Shown: positions 58,486 through 64,000 of the stretch, one piece after another | Layout: the number at the start of each line of letters is the position of its first letter | Position numbering within the stretch: position 1 is the first letter of the stretch | Source: an uncultured Acidobacteriota bacterium | GTDB lineage: Bacteria; Acidobacteriota; Thermoanaerobaculia; Gp7-AA8 | NCBI GenBank assembly: GCA_963822445.1 | Contig: CAWGHO010000003.1 | Location: 1,664,001 to 1,728,000 of the forward strand | DNA: 64,000 bases | Reading direction: 5' to 3' | Program-made: the position numbers and the translations under genes | Notes under the pieces: generated by a model | Databases searched by the model: none | Seen by the model: only the letters and a program-made list of their open reading frames with translations | What the model was told of the DNA's origin: nothing

Positions 58486-59880
58486 TTGAAACATCGTTCG
58501 CAGCTCCTCTCCCTCCTCCTCCTTCTTCTTCTCACCGTTCCCCTCGCCGCTCAATCCGTCCAGGACGCGCTGACCATCGAAGTGGTCGACGTGCCGGTTT
58601 TCGTGACGCGCGGCGATCAACCGGTCGCGGGACTCAGCGCGGACGACTTCGAGCTGTTCGTGAACGGCAAACCGCAGGCGATCGACTACTTCGATGTGTC
58701 TGGATCGAGTGACGCGTCGTCACTCCGCGAGCGGCGGATGTTCGTGATCGTGCTCGATCTCGCGTTCTCGTCGCCGCACTCGGTCCGCCGCGCGCAGGAA
58801 GCAGCCGCGGAGATGATCGCCAAGGCCCCGGCCGGCGATCTGTTCGCGATCGCAACGTTCTCGTCGCGCCGCGCGGTGTGGTTCGCGACTCCTTTCACCT
58901 CCGATCGCGTTGCCCTGGCCCGCGGAATCGGAAGCCTGACGTCGTCGAAGTCCGGCGATCCGCTGGCAATTGTCCTCACCGCTTCGGAGCGTGCAGCGAT
59001 CGAGCCCCAGACTGGCGTGGTCGATCGCATCTCCGGCGATGCGATGCGCGACATCTGGCACACGCAGTTCGCGCGCGCCGCCGAGCATCAGATTCTGAGC
59101 TTCAAGGACCTCGCCGACCGGCTGGCGGCGCTGCAGGGTCAGAAGCACGTGGTCGTGCTGTCCGACGGCTACGCCGCTCAGCATCCGCGATTCGAGAGCT
59201 TTGGCGTTCCGTATCACGTGCTGCAGGAGATGTACGAGGCCTTTCAAAGCGGCGACATCCTCCTGCACACGGTCGACCTGAACGGCGTGCAGCAGATGCG
59301 CGGCAGCGACTCGTTGCGGATCCTCTCGAACGGCACCGGCGGCCAGACCGTGAGCAACCGCAACGATCTCGGCGAAGGTCTCGTCGAGCTCGCGAGCACC
59401 TACCGCAACGGCTATCTCCTCGGATTCAAGCCCGGCGCGGTGAAGGCCGGTCACAACAGGATCGAAGTGAAGGTGAAGGATCTTCCGCGCGGCACCACGG
59501 TGCAGTACCGCAAAGGCTTCTCCGGCACGCCACGGCAATTCGACGTGAACGAAGGCCTGTATCTCGCCGACGTCGTGCTGAATGACGTACCGCAGACCGG
59601 CACCGCGGCCGCGCTGAATCTCACCGGAGACAAGCTGGAAGTGCGCGTGCCGATGCGACCGCTGGCCGCGCAGCTCGGAATGGGCGGCAAGGCGGAGCTG
59701 ATGATCTACATCTTCGGCGCCGACGGCGTGGCCCTCGGCTTCCATCGTCAGACGATCGACGTGCCCTCCGACGCAACGGGCGAAAAAACGTTCTCGATCG
59801 AGATGCCCGCCGGCGCCAGGGTCGCGAAAGCGCTGCTGCGCGTCGATGACTCGCTCGGCTTCAGTCGAACGGGCGCGTAA
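58486..59880 (+). CDS. VWFA-related (Acidobacterial-type) secreted protein
   Basis: VVDVPVFVT...PV.GL..DDF.L..NGKPQ.I..F, K..VV.SDG, L..L...TGG....ND, Y.LGF, I.VKV. Confidence 0.82.
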   Translation: MKHRSQLLSLLLLLLLTVPLAAQSVQDALTIEVVDVPVFVTRGDQPVAGLSADDFELFVNGKPQAIDYFDVSGSSDASSLRERRMFVIVLDLAFSSPHSVRRAQEAAAEMIAKAPAGDLFAIATFSSRRAVWFATPFTSDRVALARGIGSLTSSKSGDPLAIVLTASERAAIEPQTGVVDRISGDAMRDIWHTQFARAAEHQILSFKDLADRLAALQGQKHVVVLSDGYAAQHPRFESFGVPYHVLQEMYEAFQSGDILLHTVDLNGVQQMRGSDSLRILSNGTGGQTVSNRNDLGEGLVELASTYRNGYLLGFKPGAVKAGHNRIEVKVKDLPRGTTVQYRKGFSGTPRQFDVNEGLYLADVVLNDVPQTGTAAALNLTGDKLEVRVPMRPLAAQLGMGGKAELMIYIFGADGVALGFHRQTIDVPSDATGEKTFSIEMPAGARVAKALLRVDDSLGFSRTGA

Positions 59881-59888
59881 CCGCTCTT

Positions 59889-59974
59889 TGTCATCCCGAG
59901 CGAAGTCGAGGGACCTGGGCGCGAGCCGCGCGCCACCCTTCCACCGGGTCCCTCGACTCACGCTCGGGATGACA
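59889..59974. repeat. REP-like inverted repeat (GTCATCCCGAGC family)
   Basis: TGTCATCCCGAGCGAAGTCGAGGGACC ... GGTCCCTCGACTCACGCTCGGGATGACA. Confidence 0.88.
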
Positions 59975-59999
59975 GCCGTTCGCGTTATCCTTCGCCTTC

Positions 60000-60158
60000 A
60001 TGGATGAGCCCGAGTATCTGATCTGTCTGCAGTGCGAAACGCCGACCTATCAGTTCGAGTACGTGAACGGAAAACTGGCCACGATCGTCTGCACGACCTG
60101 CGGCAACGATGACGTGTCCGAGTTCATGACCGAAGCCGAGCTGGAGGAAATGAGCTAG
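60000..60158 (+). CDS. Small Zn-ribbon protein (52 aa), absent from the ORF track
   Basis: MDEPEYLICLQCETPTYQFEYVNGKLATIVCTTCGNDDVSEFMTEAELEEMS*; two CxxC; TAG overlaps the udk GTG. Confidence 0.8.
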   Translation: MDEPEYLICLQCETPTYQFEYVNGKLATIVCTTCGNDDVSEFMTEAELEEMS

Positions 60159-60772
60159 TGCGGCCGGTCATCATCGGCATCGCCGGCGGCACGGGCTCAG
60201 GCAAGACCACCGTTGCACGCGCGATCTACGACCGCGTCGGCAAAGACAAGATCGAGTGGATCTCGCACGACTCCTACTACCGCGACTTCGACGGGCTCTC
60301 CGTCGAAGAGCGCCATCACATCAACTTCGATCATCCCGACTCGCTCGAGACGGAGCTGCTGGCGCGCCATCTCGACGTGCTGGTCAAAGGCTCGTCGGTC
60401 GAGATTCCGATCTACGACTTCACCACTCACGCGAGAAAGATCGAGACGCACCGGGTCGAATCGCGGAAGGTGATCATCGTCGAAGGCATCCTGGTGATGT
60501 ACGAGCCGGAGCTGCGCAAGCGGATCGACATCAAGCTGTACGTCGACACGCCGGCCGACATCCGCTTCGTCCGCCGACTGATGCGCGACATCAAAACGCG
60601 CGGACGGACCGTGGAGTCGGTGATCGAGCAATACGTGACGACCGTGCGCCCGATGCACGAGGAGTTCGTGGAGCCATCAAAGCGCTACGCCGATCTGATC
60701 ATCCCCGAGGGGGGTGAGAATCTCGTGGCCATCGACGCGATCATCGCCCGGGTGGAAGGGTTGTTGGCCTGA
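60158..60772 (+). CDS. udk: Uridine kinase
   Basis: IGIAGGTGSGKTT, DSYY, NFDHP, IVEGIL, RR..RD...RGR, VRPMH.EFVEPSK.YAD.IIP. Confidence 0.96.
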   Translation: MRPVIIGIAGGTGSGKTTVARAIYDRVGKDKIEWISHDSYYRDFDGLSVEERHHINFDHPDSLETELLARHLDVLVKGSSVEIPIYDFTTHARKIETHRVESRKVIIVEGILVMYEPELRKRIDIKLYVDTPADIRFVRRLMRDIKTRGRTVESVIEQYVTTVRPMHEEFVEPSKRYADLIIPEGGENLVAIDAIIARVEGLLA

Positions 60773-60773
60773 C

Positions 60774-60849
60774 TGTCATCCTGAGCCCCGCAGAGGGAGA
60801 AGGACCTCCTGCCGAAGCACGGGATCCCTCGACTTCGCTCGGGACGACA
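60774..60849. repeat. REP-like inverted repeat (GTCATCCTGAGC variant)
   Basis: TGTCATCCTGAGC ... TCCCTCGACTTCGCTCGGGACGACA; related to 59889-59974. Confidence 0.82.
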
Positions 60850-60854
60850 CGCCG

Positions 60855-62969
60855 CTAATCGCCGCGTGTCGTCTGCCACCACATGAACCCCATCTCCTCG
60901 GCCAGGTTCTTCACCTGAACCGGCAGCGGCTCGCCGCCCGAGTGTCCCCCGGCCACGTGGTACCGCAGCAGAATCGGATCGCTGTCCCCGTCGATCGCCT
61001 GCATCAGTGCGGTCATCTTCCGCGCGTGCAACGGCGCGACGCGCGTGTCCGCATCGCCGGTGATGAAGAGCGTGGCCGGGTAGTTGACGCCCTGTTTCAC
61101 GCGGTGATACGGCGAGTAGCTGTACACCCACGCGAACTCGTCGGCCTTGTCCGGATCGCCGTACTCCGGCGTCCAGTAACCGCCGACCAGGAACTTGTGA
61201 TAGCGGACCATGTCGATCAATGGATAGCGGCAGACCACCGCTTCGACGAGCTCGGGACGCTGCGTAGCGACAGCCATCACCAGAAGTCCTCCGTTGCTCC
61301 CGCCGGCGATGCCGAGGTGCTCGGATGATGTGTAGCGCTCGCGGATCAGGTATTCACCGGCGGCGATGAAATCGTCGAACGTGTTCTGCTTGACCTCGCG
61401 CATCCCCGCCTTGTGCCAGGCCTCGCCGAACTCGCCGCCGCCGCGCAGATTCGGTACCGCGTACACGCCACCCTGCTCCGCCCACGCGATCGCGCGCGGC
61501 GAGAACGAAGGCAGTGAGCTCGATGTGAACCCGCCGTAGCCCGTGAGCCAGGTCGGGTTCTTTCCGTTGCGCTGCAGACCTTTCTTGTAGAGCACGAACA
61601 TCGGAATGCGCGTGCCGTCCTTCGACGCGTACCAGACCTGCTCGACGACGTAGTCCTCCGAGCGTACCGGCGCGTCGGTTCGGGCGAACACGGCGCGCGT
61701 CCCGGTGGCGACGTCGTATTGGTAAATGGTGGCCGGCACGTGGAAGGAGCTGAAGCTGAAGAACGCGACCGGTGTGTCCCACGTCCCGCTCACCGACGCG
61801 AGATTGCCGAGCGTCTCGAAGGAGATCTCCTCCTTCTTCGCGCCGCTGATGTCGTAACCGACGATTCGTGGCTTCACGTCTTCCAGATAGCTGACGTAGA
61901 CGCGATGTCCGGCGTTCGACGTTCCCTGGATGGCCGCCTTCGGGTTCTCCGGAACGATCTCCTTCCAGTTTTCAGGGCCGGGGTTCGCGGCGCTCACCAC
62001 CATGACCCGGTCGTTCGGCGCGTCCCAGTTGGTCTGAATGACGAGCGAGTCGCCGGCCATCTCCGCGGATGAACGGAAGTCGAGGTCATTGACCACGGTC
62101 TTGATCGGCGCGGCGTCGGTCAGATCGTCGACGTAGATCTCGGTCTTCTTCGGCGCGGAGCCATGAAAGACATGAATCAGGTGATACCGCCCGTCCTCGG
62201 ACAGGCTGTTGAACAGGATCTTGCTGCGGTTGTAGCCCTCGCCGAAGAGCTGCGTCTCCTCGCCACCGCTAAGCGCGCGGCGAAAGACGCGCGGGCCGTC
62301 CGGCATCATTCGAGTGAAGTAGATCGTCTGCCGGTCGGGCGCGATCGACGTTCCGTAGTAGCGCGCGATGGTCAAAGGCGCGCCGATGTCGCGCCGTGCG
62401 TCGACGTCGAAGAAACGGATCTCCACTTCGTCGGCGCCGCCCTTCCGCACGTAGTACGCGAGCGTCTTCCCGTCCGGTGCGACGTCGGAGATGCCGACGC
62501 TGGTCGTGTGATCGGCGCTCATCGGCGCGGGATCGATCAGGAGCTGGTCCGCGCCGTTCGCACCCTCGCGCATGTAAATCGAATACAGGTCCTCGCCCAC
62601 TTTCCGGCGCATGAAGAAGTAGCGTCCGCCGCGAGCCTGGGGCGTCGAGTACTGGTCTGTGCTCATGAGCTGGGTGAGCCTCGGGACAAACATCGACGGT
62701 TCCGGGCGGCTGCCGAGAACGGCGTCCGTGTAGTCGTTCTGGCGGGCGATCCAGGCGCGGGTCTCAGGGGATTCCTGATCCTCGAGCCAGCGGTAGGGGT
62801 CGGTGAGGCTGACGCCGTGGACCGTTTCCGAGACGGGTCGGGCTTCCGTCGCCGGAATCGCCGTTCTACTGGTTGTGGAAGGAGCCGTCGTTGGCGCATC
62901 CGTGACACTCGGGGTGGCACAGGCAGCCAGGAGCAGGAGAATCGCCGAAGTTATTCGCAGTCTCTGCAT
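60855..62969 (-). CDS. Prolyl oligopeptidase (S9A), lipoprotein
   Basis: Lipobox LAAC; DPYRWLED, SKDGT.IPM, GYGGF, NLRGGGEFG, catalytic GGSNGGLL, D.RV, GH. Confidence 0.94.
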   Translation of the reverse strand: MQRLRITSAILLLLAACATPSVTDAPTTAPSTTSRTAIPATEARPVSETVHGVSLTDPYRWLEDQESPETRAWIARQNDYTDAVLGSRPEPSMFVPRLTQLMSTDQYSTPQARGGRYFFMRRKVGEDLYSIYMREGANGADQLLIDPAPMSADHTTSVGISDVAPDGKTLAYYVRKGGADEVEIRFFDVDARRDIGAPLTIARYYGTSIAPDRQTIYFTRMMPDGPRVFRRALSGGEETQLFGEGYNRSKILFNSLSEDGRYHLIHVFHGSAPKKTEIYVDDLTDAAPIKTVVNDLDFRSSAEMAGDSLVIQTNWDAPNDRVMVVSAANPGPENWKEIVPENPKAAIQGTSNAGHRVYVSYLEDVKPRIVGYDISGAKKEEISFETLGNLASVSGTWDTPVAFFSFSSFHVPATIYQYDVATGTRAVFARTDAPVRSEDYVVEQVWYASKDGTRIPMFVLYKKGLQRNGKNPTWLTGYGGFTSSSLPSFSPRAIAWAEQGGVYAVPNLRGGGEFGEAWHKAGMREVKQNTFDDFIAAGEYLIRERYTSSEHLGIAGGSNGGLLVMAVATQRPELVEAVVCRYPLIDMVRYHKFLVGGYWTPEYGDPDKADEFAWVYSYSPYHRVKQGVNYPATLFITGDADTRVAPLHARKMTALMQAIDGDSDPILLRYHVAGGHSGGEPLPVQVKNLAEEMGFMWWQTTRGD

Positions 62970-63083
62970 GTCCAGATTTCCTTTATAGCCGTGTAACTTA
63001 CAACAATTAACAGGAACTGCGGAATCGGCCGGGGTCGGGCCCGGTTGAACGCCCCACGGAACGAGGCAGGCCCTTCCAGCCGA

Positions 63084-63112
63084 TTGACCGGCCGGATGGG
63101 CGACCTTAAAAT
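63084..63112 (+). promoter_or_regulatory. Sigma-70 promoter of rpsU
   Basis: TTGACC-17 bp-TAAAAT. Confidence 0.7.
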
Positions 63113-63174
63113 AGTCGAGCCCACAGCAACTGCCCGCGTTTCTACAGCTCAAGCCGAAGGGGGGGAATCGGGGA

Positions 63175-63381
63175 ATGCCTCTCGTACACGTCAAAGAAGA
63201 CGAGACTTTCGAGAATGCGCTTCGCCGCTTCAAGCGGAAATGTGAGAAGTCGGGGATTCTCTCTGAGCTGAAGAAGCGTCAGCACTTTGAGAAGCCGAGC
63301 ACCAAGCGGAAGCGCAAAGCCATCGCCGCTCGCAAGAAAGTGTTGCGCAAGCTGGCCGAAGAACGTCGTACCGGTTACTAA
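63175..63381 (+). CDS. rpsU: 30S ribosomal protein S21
   Basis: V.V...E.FE.ALRRFKR.CEK.GIL.E..KR.HFEKPS. Confidence 0.96.
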   Translation: MPLVHVKEDETFENALRRFKRKCEKSGILSELKKRQHFEKPSTKRKRKAIAARKKVLRKLAEERRTGY

Positions 63382-63405
63382 ATCTCGAGACCCATCGAAT
63401 TCACG

Positions 63406-63442
63406 AACGGCCCGCGAGGAAACTCGCGGGCCGTTTTCGTTT
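63406..63442. terminator. Rho-independent terminator (probably bidirectional)
   Basis: AACGGCCCGCGAG-GAAA-CTCGCGGGCCGTT, then TTCGTTT, between convergent genes. Confidence 0.85.
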
Positions 63443-64000
63443 CAATGGTGCTTGATGGTCGTGCCCCCGTCGATCACCCGCACGAGCTGCATCATCCCGC
63501 GGTCCTCGTGAGCCAGGATGTGGCAGTGCAGCACGAAGTTGCCGGTGAAGTCGGCGAAGCGGCTGCGGATGCGCACGAAGCCGGGCGTCTTCGCGAAGCC
63601 GTCCTTGCCGAGCACCACGTTCCCTTTCTCCTCGCCCGCGTCGTCACCGTACTTGAGCGCCGAAGGAACGTTCACCACGTCCTGCCACACACCGTGTTCC
63701 TCATTGATGTAGTTCGTGCCGGGCGAATTGGGATCGAAGACCTCCACGACCTGGAAGGGATTGACGTGGATGTGGAACGGATGCGGAACGTTCGTGTTGT
63801 TGGTGATCGTCCACTCCTCGATGTCGCTGAGGATCATGGTCTGGTAGAACTTCGCATCGCTGAACTGCTCGTTGTCGATCATGAAGTACGGCGCGCGGTC
63901 CTTGTTCACCTTGATCTTCCCCGCGGGGCCGCCCGTGTCGGCGAGGAACGGGAACGTGTCCGGCGGCTCGGTGCAGCCCTTGACCTCATCGGCCCTCAGG
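63442..64000 (-). CDS. Multicopper oxidase, C-terminal part (runs off the window)
   Basis: HPFHIHVNPF and HCHILAHEDRGMM copper-binding motifs. Confidence 0.92.
   Translation of the reverse strand, partial: LRADEVKGCTEPPDTFPFLADTGGPAGKIKVNKDRAPYFMIDNEQFSDAKFYQTMILSDIEEWTITNNTNVPHPFHIHVNPFQVVEVFDPNSPGTNYINEEHGVWQDVVNVPSALKYGDDAGEEKGNVVLGKDGFAKTPGFVRIRSRFADFTGNFVLHCHILAHEDRGMMQLVRVIDGGTTIKHH

Overview
High-GC bacterial chromosome segment, probably Acidobacteriota (Thermoanaerobaculia-like). That assignment is inferred from the LptF-LptG fusion, GWxTD-like proteins, a VWFA-related protein and a Ser/Thr kinase with a TolB-like propeller. Gene content is mostly housekeeping: the rpoN-hpf-hprK-rapZ-EIIA-ptsH-ptsI cluster, miaB, parAB, metB-hom, lptFG, pckA, panE, kdsD, lolA, yajQ, ispB, coaD, a split peptide ABC transporter, a TolC/Yip1/MacAB-type exporter, murJ, udk and rpsU. 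No rRNA, tRNA, CRISPR, transposase or prophage was recognised. The notable signals are mostly non-coding. (1) Six intergenic hairpins are built from 3-4 tandem 7-8-nt units facing their reverse complement, each with a different unit sequence. Five are empty; one encloses a four-helix-bundle (IVP/Avd-like) gene inside an exporter operon. (2) A 20-codon leader ORF with three consecutive Met codons and anti-SD sequences lies in front of metB-hom, suggesting Met-sensing ribosome attenuation. (3) Many genes have a -10 box 6-8 nt before an SD-less start, suggesting leaderless mRNAs. (4) Several REP-like palindrome families occur, one apparently inserted in frame in oppD. (5) A HAIR-like operator overlaps the hsp20 RBS. 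(6) An unannotated 52-aa Zn-ribbon ORF is coupled to udk. (7) An S55 peptidase gene carries two frameshifts. All product calls come from motif recognition by eye; no searches were run.
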